From the NCBI GenBank assembly GCA_964434395.1, contig CAYSVD010000006.1:1-54895 (forward strand): a DNA stretch of 54,895 nt, given 5' to 3'. Below the pieces are notes generated by a model. That model was not told the origin of the DNA and searched no databases. It saw only the letters and a program-made list of their open reading frames with translations. The first letter of the stretch is position 1. The number at the start of each line of letters is the position of its first letter. Below, in pieces: positions 46,474 through 54,151 of the stretch. The DNA comes from an uncultured Pseudohongiella sp. (lineage in GTDB: Bacteria > Pseudomonadota > Gammaproteobacteria > Pseudomonadales > Pseudohongiellaceae). Both the position numbers and the translations under genes were made by a program.

Positions 46474-48321
46474 TCAACGGGAGACCTCGAGGCCGACAGC
46501 CGCCATCAGGGCCAGGGCGTTCGTGCCGGTCGAGCGGCCCGGCCTGAGCCGGTAGTCGAAAGTCATCGCGCCCCCGGCTGCCAGTTGATCCTCGAAGTGC
46601 ACGTTGGCCGCCGCCGGCGCGAGGCGGTCGGCCAGGGCGGCCAGCGCCAGGTCGTGCGTCGTGATGAAGCCGATGGCGCCGAGCTCCAGGAGATACCGCA
46701 GCACGCCGTGCGCCCCGTCGAGCCGGTCGCTCGAGTTCGTGCCGTGGAACAGCTCGTCGAGCAGGAACAGGAGGGGCGCCGGCCCCCGCGCCATGTCCAC
46801 GAGCCGGCGCAGGCGGGTGATCTCGGCGTAGAACCGCGACCGCCCGTCGAGCAGCGAGTCCTGCACCCGCAACGTCCCGCCGATCGCCAGCGGCGTGAGC
46901 CGCAGCCGGCGCGCCCGCACGGGCGCACCCGCGAGCGCCAGCACGGCGTTGACGCCCACCGTGCGCAGCAGCGTCGTCTTGCCGGCCATGTTCGAGCCGC
47001 TCACGACCAGGAGCTGCGGCTCGGCTCCCAGCGCCACGTCGTTGGCCACCGCGCACGCCGGCAGGAGCGGATGCGCCAGTTGCTCGCCCTCGCAGACCGG
47101 GGTCTCCCCCTCCCCCAGCTCCGGAAACGGCTGGTCCGGCCGCCCGAAGTGGTAGGTCGCGAGCGACGCGAGCGCCTCGATCTCGCCGGCAATCCGCAGC
47201 CACGCCGTCACGGCCCGGCCGTGACGTTCGCGCCACGCCTCGACGGCCGTCGCGCACTGCAGGCCCCACAGGACGCAGGCGGCGATCGGCGCGAAGAGGA
47301 TGTTGTGCTGCCAGTCGTGCATCTCGATCAGCCGGCCGAGCTGCCGCACCGTGCGCACCGGGTCGCCGGTCTCGCCGAGGTCGCCGGCGAGCTGCCGGAG
47401 CCGGTCGGCCGCGAACGACTCGCCGCGCACGCGCCCGACAATCGCGGCCAGGACCGCGAGCTCGCGCGCCGGCTCCGCGGAGCCGTGCAGCACGCGGCTG
47501 ACGGCTCCACGGAAGAACCCGCCCGCCAGAACGTTTCCAAGGATCAGCACGACGGGCAGCGTCCCGGGCGCGAGCCCCGCCAGCCAGGCGGCCAGCGCCG
47601 CGACGGCTGCCCCCGAGAGCACCGTGGCCGCCATCCGCAGCCAGCCGGTGTCCAGTTGCGCCTGCGCCGTGGCCCAGTCGGCCAGACTGGCCGAGTCGAC
47701 AGCCGCGCGCACGTCCGCGCCGAGCGTGTACAGCTCCTCCCGGAACAGCGGGCGTGACGCAAGGTCCCGCACCGCGGCTTGGCGCCGCCGTACGGTGCCG
47801 GCATCGGCGCCCTCCAGGAGCCAGCGCGCGAGCGTCTCCTCGCCCGCGGCAGTCTGCCCTGTCGTCAGCAACTGGAACAGAGAGCCGTCGCCGAGAATGT
47901 CCAGGTCGAGCGCATACGGGTGGTCGGCATCTTGGAACCGGGCGCCCGTCTCGCCTCGTCCCACCCAGCGATCCTCCAGCCGCGCCAGCCCGAGATCGTG
48001 CCAGTCGACGCGCCGCGAGGCAGTCTGCAGCAAGCGGATGACGCGGTTGTGCACGACCACCAGGACGGCGAACAGCGCGGCCGGGGCGGCCAGCCACCAC
48101 GCGGACAGCCAGTCCTGCCACAGGGACGCCAGCACGAGGGCGACCGCCAGCAGCGCCGTCGCCAGACGGGCCCGGCTCAGCCGCAGGTCGGCGCGCTCCA
48201 GCCGCGCCCTGTCCGCCCGGCGTTCCGCCAGGTGCGCGTGGTGATACCGGATGGGATCGATGTCGTCCGCCATATGGCCTGCGGATGCCGGCGAGAGGGA
48301 GTGGCCGGGGCGCCGCGTCAT
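46474..48321 (-). CDS. Membrane-anchored MutS-related ATPase (MutS domain V only)
   Basis: 615 aa with several hydrophobic helices in the N-terminal two-thirds. Walker A is SGSNMAGKTTLLR, Walker B is LLFLLDELFHGTN, followed by ITTHD. The ATG at 48321 overlaps the VapC stop; an alternative ATG lies at 48273. Confidence 0.85.
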   Translation of the reverse strand: MTRRPGHSLSPASAGHMADDIDPIRYHHAHLAERRADRARLERADLRLSRARLATALLAVALVLASLWQDWLSAWWLAAPAALFAVLVVVHNRVIRLLQTASRRVDWHDLGLARLEDRWVGRGETGARFQDADHPYALDLDILGDGSLFQLLTTGQTAAGEETLARWLLEGADAGTVRRRQAAVRDLASRPLFREELYTLGADVRAAVDSASLADWATAQAQLDTGWLRMAATVLSGAAVAALAAWLAGLAPGTLPVVLILGNVLAGGFFRGAVSRVLHGSAEPARELAVLAAIVGRVRGESFAADRLRQLAGDLGETGDPVRTVRQLGRLIEMHDWQHNILFAPIAACVLWGLQCATAVEAWRERHGRAVTAWLRIAGEIEALASLATYHFGRPDQPFPELGEGETPVCEGEQLAHPLLPACAVANDVALGAEPQLLVVSGSNMAGKTTLLRTVGVNAVLALAGAPVRARRLRLTPLAIGGTLRVQDSLLDGRSRFYAEITRLRRLVDMARGPAPLLFLLDELFHGTNSSDRLDGAHGVLRYLLELGAIGFITTHDLALAALADRLAPAAANVHFEDQLAAGGAMTFDYRLRPGRSTGTNALALMAAVGLEVSR

Positions 48322-48692
48322 TCGGCCACGCCCCGCAGCAGGGCGAAGTCGCTGTCCGCCGACTCCACCGCGGCGCCGTGGTGTTGCGCGCAGGCCGCGA
48401 TGACCAGGTCGGCGACCGGAACCGTCACGCCCCTGGAGCGCGCGCGGCGGGCGAGATCGTACGCGGCATTCCAGACATCATCATCGATCGGCAGCTCCGA
48501 AAGCGCGAGCGCGAACCGGCGCAGCACCTTCTTCTCGCGCTCGCCCCCGGCGCCGTTCCAGAGCTCGAGCTGCACCACCGGACACCAGCAGGCGGCGCCG
48601 GATTGCAGTGCGGCCTCGACACGGCCGCGCACAGCCGGATCGCCGTCGGGACGCAGGAGGTGAATCCAGGAGGACGTGTCGATCAGAATCAA
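48318..48692 (-). CDS. vapC: PIN-domain VapC-type toxin
   Basis: 124 aa with a TTG start. Contains ILIDTSSWIH, VQLELW, VADLVIAAC and ESADSDF. Confidence 0.9.
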   Translation of the reverse strand: MILIDTSSWIHLLRPDGDPAVRGRVEAALQSGAACWCPVVQLELWNGAGGEREKKVLRRFALALSELPIDDDVWNAAYDLARRARSRGVTVPVADLVIAACAQHHGAAVESADSDFALLRGVAE

Positions 48693-48698
48693 TGGCGC

Positions 48699-48902
48699 TC
48701 ATCCCTGCCGGCGCTGCGCCTGGAGCTCATCGGCGGTCATCAATTCGGTGCAGGTGCCCGCGTATTGGACGAGCTCCATCATGCGCCGGCGGCGATTGTA
48801 GTCGGCGATAGCGGTGACAACAGCCTCCCGCTTGGTCTTCGCGCGCGTGAAGCGAATTGCATCCGAGAGCTCGTCGTCCGGAATATCGACTGTGGTCTTC
48901 AT
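48699..48902 (-). CDS. vapB: VapB-family (Rv0623/DUF2191-like) antitoxin
   Basis: 67 aa with MKTTVDIPDDELSDAIRFTRAKTKREAVVTAIADY, the family pattern. Lies 6 nt upstream of vapC. Confidence 0.85.
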   Translation of the reverse strand: MKTTVDIPDDELSDAIRFTRAKTKREAVVTAIADYNRRRRMMELVQYAGTCTELMTADELQAQRRQG

Positions 48903-48982
48903 GAATCATTGGTAGCAGGTCTTGGATTCCCTGGCAAGTGCTCCGTGCATCCCGGCGCGCGTCTTCGGATGGCGCGGTACCC

Positions 48983-49000
48983 GGCGCGGGAACCCGCGCC
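48983..49000. promoter_or_regulatory. 18-bp perfect palindrome GGCGCGGGAACCCGCGCC in the divergent promoter region
   Basis: Lies between vapB (start 48902, minus) and the propeller gene (start 49055, plus). It is adjacent to TATAAT at 49010-49015. The half-site GGCGCGG is also repeated at 48971-48977. Confidence 0.35.
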
Positions 49001-49054
49001 AATCAGGCATATAATGCGCCTTGGCGAGACTGCCGCCCGGAAGCGAGGATAGCG

Positions 49055-50401
49055 ATGAACAGGATCGTGCTCACCACCGTCGCGCTCCTGCTGCTGGCGC
49101 TGCCGGCGGCAGCGGCCAACGACGAGTGGCCCCAGTTCCGGGGTGCCGAAGCGGGCGTCGCGCCCGACCACCCCGATCTGCCGGACCGCTGGAGCCAGAC
49201 CGAGAACGTCGTCTGGAAGGCCGACATCCCCGGCCTGGGCTGGAGCTCGCCCATCGTCTGGGGCGACCACGTGTTCGTCACGACCGCCGTCAGCGAGGGC
49301 GAGGAGCCGCAGCCGGTCAAGGGGCTGTACGACCCCGGCGACGAGCACGGCAAGCGCGACGCCGTCGCGGCGCACCGCTGGATGGTCTACGACCTCGACC
49401 TCGAGACCGGCGCGGTCCGCTGGGCGACGGAGCTGCGGGCGGCGGTGCCGATCATCAAGCGGCACCTCAAGGCCAGCTTCGCCTCCGAGACGCCGGTCAC
49501 CGACGGCGAGCGGGTGTACGTGTACTTCGGCAGCATCGGGCTGGTCGCGGCCCTGGACATGACGGGCGAGGTGGTCTGGACGCGCGACGTCGGCGCGTTC
49601 AACGGCCACCAGGAGTTCGCGCCGGCTGCCTCGCCGGTGCTGCACGACGGCCGGCTGTACATCGTCAACGACAACACGACCGAGTCGTTCCTCATCGCCT
49701 TCGACGCGGCGACCGGGGAGCAGATCTGGCGCGTCGTGCGGGACGAGACGGAGAACTGGTCCACGCCGCTCGTCTGGGAGAACGACCTGCGCACGGAGCT
49801 CGTGATCACGGCGCGCCGGCGGGTCCGCTCCTACGACCTCGACGGCAACGTGCTGTGGGAGCTGCAAGGCATGACCGGCAACGTCGCGCCGACGCCGTTC
49901 GCCAGGGACGGCCTGGTGTATCTCAGCTCGGGCTATCCGGGCTCGTCGGTGCGGCCGGTGTACGCGGTCCGGCCGGGCGGTGCCGGCGACATCTCGCTCG
50001 ATCCGGACAACCCGACTGACCACCCGTACATCGCCTGGTTCCAGCCGCTGCTGGGCACCTACGTCACGTCGGCGCTCGTCTATCAGGGCACCTACTACAC
50101 GCTGCTGGACCGCGGGCTGATGCTGGCGCACGACGCCCGCACGGGGAGCGAGATCTACGGCCGCAAGCGCCTGCGGCCCGGCAGCGGCTTCACGGCCTCG
50201 CCCTGGGCCTACAACGGCAACGTCTTCGTGCTGAGCGAGGACGGCGATACCTACGTCATCAGGGCCGGTCCCGAGTTCGAGATCGTGGCGACGAACCCGC
50301 TCGACGAGATGACCCTGGCCACGCCCGCCGTCGCGGGCGGCAAGCTGCTCATCAGGACGCAGTCGAAGCTGTACTGCCTCTCCAGGCAGGGTGGCCGGTG
50401 A
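49055..50401 (+). CDS. Secreted PQQ-like beta-propeller protein (paralog of 40573..41826)
   Basis: 448 aa from ATG 49055, with GAGGA upstream, a signal peptide and EWPQFRGAEAG...VWKADIPGLGWSSPIV. Confidence 0.8.
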   Translation: MNRIVLTTVALLLLALPAAAANDEWPQFRGAEAGVAPDHPDLPDRWSQTENVVWKADIPGLGWSSPIVWGDHVFVTTAVSEGEEPQPVKGLYDPGDEHGKRDAVAAHRWMVYDLDLETGAVRWATELRAAVPIIKRHLKASFASETPVTDGERVYVYFGSIGLVAALDMTGEVVWTRDVGAFNGHQEFAPAASPVLHDGRLYIVNDNTTESFLIAFDAATGEQIWRVVRDETENWSTPLVWENDLRTELVITARRRVRSYDLDGNVLWELQGMTGNVAPTPFARDGLVYLSSGYPGSSVRPVYAVRPGGAGDISLDPDNPTDHPYIAWFQPLLGTYVTSALVYQGTYYTLLDRGLMLAHDARTGSEIYGRKRLRPGSGFTASPWAYNGNVFVLSEDGDTYVIRAGPEFEIVATNPLDEMTLATPAVAGGKLLIRTQSKLYCLSRQGGR

Positions 50402-51459
50402 TGGCGGGCCGCATGCCGCAGCGCCGCGCCGTGCTGCCGCTCGCGCTGGGGCTGGCGCTGGCGGCCGGTCCCGCGTCCGCGCCCGCCCAGACGCTCGGGT
50501 TCACGCCGGTCAGCGCCATCTCCGGGCCGATCGACCTGGTCCGGGCCAGCGGCGCGTTCGCCTACGTCACCCGCGGCGAGAGGCTCACCGTGTTCGATCT
50601 CTCGAACCCGGCGGCGCCGGCGCGGCGCGGGTCGCACGTGTTCCCCGAGAAGGTGTGGGGCTTCATGGTCGCGGGCTCGCTGGCGTACGTCGCCGCGGGC
50701 CACTCGGGGTTCTGGATCCTGGACGTCTCCGATCCGGACGCGCCCGTGCTGCGGGGATCGCTCGAAACGCCCGGCCAGGCCAAGAACGTGGCCGTGTCGG
50801 GCGCGCGCGCGGTGGTGGCCGACCACATGTCGGGTATCGACGTCATCGACATCTCCGACATCGACGCACCGGCCGCCGTGGGCTCGGTCTACACCGACGG
50901 CTACGCGCGGGACGTCGCGATGTTCGGCTCGCGGGCGTACGGCGTGGACCATCCGGCGGGCTTCTACGTGCTCGACATGACGCTCGCGGACCCGCTCGAG
51001 CCGGTCGGCTCGCTGCAGTCGGCCTCCGCGCCGCGGCACGTGGAGGTGGTTGCAGCCACGCCGGGCATCGCCGTCCTGGTGGGCGGCGTGCCGTACGATC
51101 CGCTCCGTTCGCTGCGGGACGCCGCACCCGACGACCCGCGCGGGACGCTGCAGCTCTACGACGTCTCGGACCCCGCGGCCCCGCTGCTGATGACGACGTT
51201 CGCGACGCCCGGCGACGCGCAGCGAGCCGAAATCGAGGGCACGCGGGCCTACGTCGCCGACGGCCCGGCGGGACTCTCGGTCGTCGACCTGTCGGCGCCG
51301 GAAGCACCCGGGGTGGTCGGCACGTACCGCACGCGAAACTCCGCGCGGGACGTGGCCGTCGCCGAGACGGCCGTGTTGGTCCTCGACGGCACGATACGCC
51401 GCGGCTCGCATTCCCAGGACGACGGCGACGTGATCGTCCTGCGGCAGACGGAGGACTGA
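50401..51459 (+). CDS. Secreted LVIVD-repeat beta-propeller protein
   Basis: Repeats include LTVFDLSNPAAP, FWILDVSDPDAP, IDVIDISDIDAP, FYVLDMTLADP, LQLYDVSDPAAP and LSVVDLSAPEAP. The ATG at 50401 overlaps the upstream TGA (TGATG); a GTG at 50398 is also possible. Confidence 0.8.
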   Translation: MAGRMPQRRAVLPLALGLALAAGPASAPAQTLGFTPVSAISGPIDLVRASGAFAYVTRGERLTVFDLSNPAAPARRGSHVFPEKVWGFMVAGSLAYVAAGHSGFWILDVSDPDAPVLRGSLETPGQAKNVAVSGARAVVADHMSGIDVIDISDIDAPAAVGSVYTDGYARDVAMFGSRAYGVDHPAGFYVLDMTLADPLEPVGSLQSASAPRHVEVVAATPGIAVLVGGVPYDPLRSLRDAAPDDPRGTLQLYDVSDPAAPLLMTTFATPGDAQRAEIEGTRAYVADGPAGLSVVDLSAPEAPGVVGTYRTRNSARDVAVAETAVLVLDGTIRRGSHSQDDGDVIVLRQTED

Positions 51460-51461
51460 CG

Positions 51462-52709
51462 ATGCAGATGCGGACGCGCCCCCTCCCCCTAGTGTTGCTT
51501 GCCTGCGCGGCCTGGATGGCCGCCGGCGGCGCGGCCGCCGCGCAGACGGCCGACGACGCGATCGTCCCGTTCACAATCGATATCCCGGACGCCGTCCTCG
51601 ACGATCTGCAGGCGCGGCTGGCCGACGCGCGCTTCCCGGACGAGCTGGACGGCGCCGGCTGGACCTACGGCGCCGACCTCGGCTACATGCGCGAGCTGGC
51701 GGCGTACTGGCGCGACGAGTACGACTGGCGGGAACAGGAGCGGCAGCTCAACCGCTTCGATCACTTCAAGACCCGCATCGACGGCCTCGACATCCACTTC
51801 ATCCACCAGCGCGCCGCCAACCCGGACGCGTTGCCGCTGATGGTCATCCACGGCTGGCCCGGCTCGTTCGTCGAGTTCCACAAGATCATCGAGCCGCTCG
51901 GCGACCCGGCCGCCCACGGCGGCGACCCGGCCGACGCCTTCCACCTGGTCGTTCCGTCGCTTCCCGGGTTCGGCTTCTCCGACCGGCCCGGCGAGGCAGG
52001 CTACGGCCCGGCCCGGATGGCGGAGATCTTCGTGAAGCTGATGGCCCGGCTGGGCTACACGCGCTACGGCCTGCAGGGAGGCGACTACGGCTCGGTGATC
52101 AGCCGCGTCATGGGCAGCCTCGACCCGGAGCACGTCGCCGGCATCCACCTGAACCTGTGCAGCAGCGGACCGCCGCCGGGCGTCGCGGACCCGACCGCCG
52201 GCGTCCCCCCGGCGGAGCTGGCGCTGATGCGTGACCGGCAGGCGTTCTGGACCGACGAGGAGCGCGGCTACAGCGCCATTCAGGGCACCAAGCCGCAGAC
52301 CATCGGCTACGTGCTCAACGATTCGCCGGTGGGCCAGGCCGCCTGGATCGTCGAGAAGTTCCGCGCCCTCAGCGACGTGAACGGCGACGTGGAGAGCAAG
52401 TTCACCAAGGACGAGATGCTCACCAACGTCATGGTCTACTGGCTCACCGGGACGGCCACCTCGGCGGCGCGCATCTACTACGAGGTGCGGCGGGAGCCGG
52501 CCGACCTGCTGCGCGCCGACGCGGGTGGCGTGCCGCTCGCCTGCGCCGCGTTCCCCAAGGAAATCTCGTTCACGCCGCGCCGCTGGCTCGAGGCCCAGTA
52601 CAACCTGACGCAGCACACGATCATGCCGCGCGGCGGCCACTTCGCGGCGCTCGAGGAGCCCGAGCTGCTCCTCGAGGACGTTCGCACCTTCTTCCGTACC
52701 GTGCGGTAG
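51462..52709 (+). CDS. Secreted epoxide hydrolase (EHN N-terminal domain plus alpha/beta hydrolase)
   Basis: 415 aa from ATG 51462 with a signal peptide. Contains FTIDIPDAVLDDLQARL, IHFIH and IHGWPGSF. Lies 2 nt after the previous stop. Confidence 0.9.
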   Translation: MQMRTRPLPLVLLACAAWMAAGGAAAAQTADDAIVPFTIDIPDAVLDDLQARLADARFPDELDGAGWTYGADLGYMRELAAYWRDEYDWREQERQLNRFDHFKTRIDGLDIHFIHQRAANPDALPLMVIHGWPGSFVEFHKIIEPLGDPAAHGGDPADAFHLVVPSLPGFGFSDRPGEAGYGPARMAEIFVKLMARLGYTRYGLQGGDYGSVISRVMGSLDPEHVAGIHLNLCSSGPPPGVADPTAGVPPAELALMRDRQAFWTDEERGYSAIQGTKPQTIGYVLNDSPVGQAAWIVEKFRALSDVNGDVESKFTKDEMLTNVMVYWLTGTATSAARIYYEVRREPADLLRADAGGVPLACAAFPKEISFTPRRWLEAQYNLTQHTIMPRGGHFAALEEPELLLEDVRTFFRTVR

Positions 52710-52711
52710 CG

Positions 52712-54148
52712 TCAGTCCTGGTCCTGGCTCCGCCGCGCCCGCCGCTCGGCGGACATGCGCTCGTAGTCGGCCTCGCTGATGAAGATGATCTGGCTGTTCG
52801 AGTGCGCCATCTCGTCGACCGTCCGCGGCCCGTAGGCGACCCACTGGCGCGGGTCCGGGTTGTTCCGGTTGGCCGCCGTGTTGTCGTGCCAGGCCGTGAT
52901 CTGCAGCACCGTGCCGCGCGGCAGCAGGGGCGCGTGGTCCGGATGGTAGATGTAGCTCACGTGCCAGTCGTTGCTGAAGCGGTCGGCATGGTTGAGCAGC
53001 TCGCGGCCGCCGTCCGGGTAGATGGCCTCCATCGCGAAGGCGCTGCCGCGATAGTGCATGTGCGGCTGGAAGTTGTGCAGAATCGCCGGCGCCGGGAGCG
53101 TGTACGAGCCCTGGTGCATCGTGACCGAGTGCGGCGGGATGTGCAGCGGCTTGTTGTTCTGCGTGCCCACCGACACGTAGGTCACGCTGTAGGTGGGCGT
53201 GACGCCCTCGGGATAGAGCCAGAGCCCGATCTCCAACTGGTCGGTGATCTCCTCGCCCACGGCGTGGTAGTGGATCTGCACCTCCATGCGGGCGCCGGGC
53301 TTGATCAGCTTGCCGGTGTTCTCGGGGTAGATCTCGCCGCTCTTGCCCTGCGCCCACTCGGTGAACATCTCGCGCGTGTCGATCGGGTCGCCCGAGCTGC
53401 GCGCGCGGGCCGCCTCCAGGACGGCGTCGGCCGCCGCCTGACCGGCGAACAGCTCCCGCTCGACCTCCAGGAAGTCCGTGGTCTCGGGCTGGTGAACGTA
53501 CGCCGAGGCATGGTGGGCGATGCGGCGGCCCTGCCGCCCGGACGGCTTGGTCTCGGCCGCCCGCACCCAGCGCGGCGCGTCGATGTCGATGTCCGCGAAC
53601 GGCCGGAAGAACGTGTCCTGCGCCACGGCCGGCATGGTGAACGGCGGGAACCGCACGACCGTGTCCGGCGGACCGAGGCCGGCCTCCACCTCCAGGCGGA
53701 AGTTGTCTCCGGACGGCCACTCGAGCGGCGGCGGCATGCGGGACAGGTCGCCGCGCGGCGCCCCGGCTTCCACCCAGCGGACGATGGTCTCGATCTCCTC
53801 GTCGCTGAGCGAGATGTCGTTGATGAACTGCTGGATGCCGATGGTCTTGTCCAGGAACCAGGGCGGCATCTCGCGGGCGGCCACGCGCGCCTTGATCGCC
53901 CGCGCCCAGGGCCGGGCCTCCGCGTAGGTCAGGAGCGACATCGGCGCCATGCTGTCGGGCCGGTGGCACTCCTGGCACGAGCGCTGGAAGATCGGCGCGA
54001 TGTCCTCGGCAAAGGTCACCTGCGGCGCGGCGGGCGCGGCCGGCTGCCCGACCGCGGCGGGCGCCAGGCCCAGGACCATGATTGCCGCGCCTGCTGCGAC
54101 ACCCGACGCGCGGCGGCCGGACCGCCGCAATCCAGTGAGACCGGTCAT
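52712..54148 (-). CDS. Secreted c-type cytochrome domain fused to a copper type II monooxygenase-like beta-sandwich (tentative)
   Basis: 478 aa. The N-terminus reads FAEDIAPIFQRSCQECHRP...MPPW (CxxCH heme motif). Later His-rich motifs are IAHHAS, QIHYHAV and PHMHYRG...M. Confidence 0.65.
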   Translation of the reverse strand: MTGLTGLRRSGRRASGVAAGAAIMVLGLAPAAVGQPAAPAAPQVTFAEDIAPIFQRSCQECHRPDSMAPMSLLTYAEARPWARAIKARVAAREMPPWFLDKTIGIQQFINDISLSDEEIETIVRWVEAGAPRGDLSRMPPPLEWPSGDNFRLEVEAGLGPPDTVVRFPPFTMPAVAQDTFFRPFADIDIDAPRWVRAAETKPSGRQGRRIAHHASAYVHQPETTDFLEVERELFAGQAAADAVLEAARARSSGDPIDTREMFTEWAQGKSGEIYPENTGKLIKPGARMEVQIHYHAVGEEITDQLEIGLWLYPEGVTPTYSVTYVSVGTQNNKPLHIPPHSVTMHQGSYTLPAPAILHNFQPHMHYRGSAFAMEAIYPDGGRELLNHADRFSNDWHVSYIYHPDHAPLLPRGTVLQITAWHDNTAANRNNPDPRQWVAYGPRTVDEMAHSNSQIIFISEADYERMSAERRARRSQDQD

Positions 54149-54151
54149 CGT

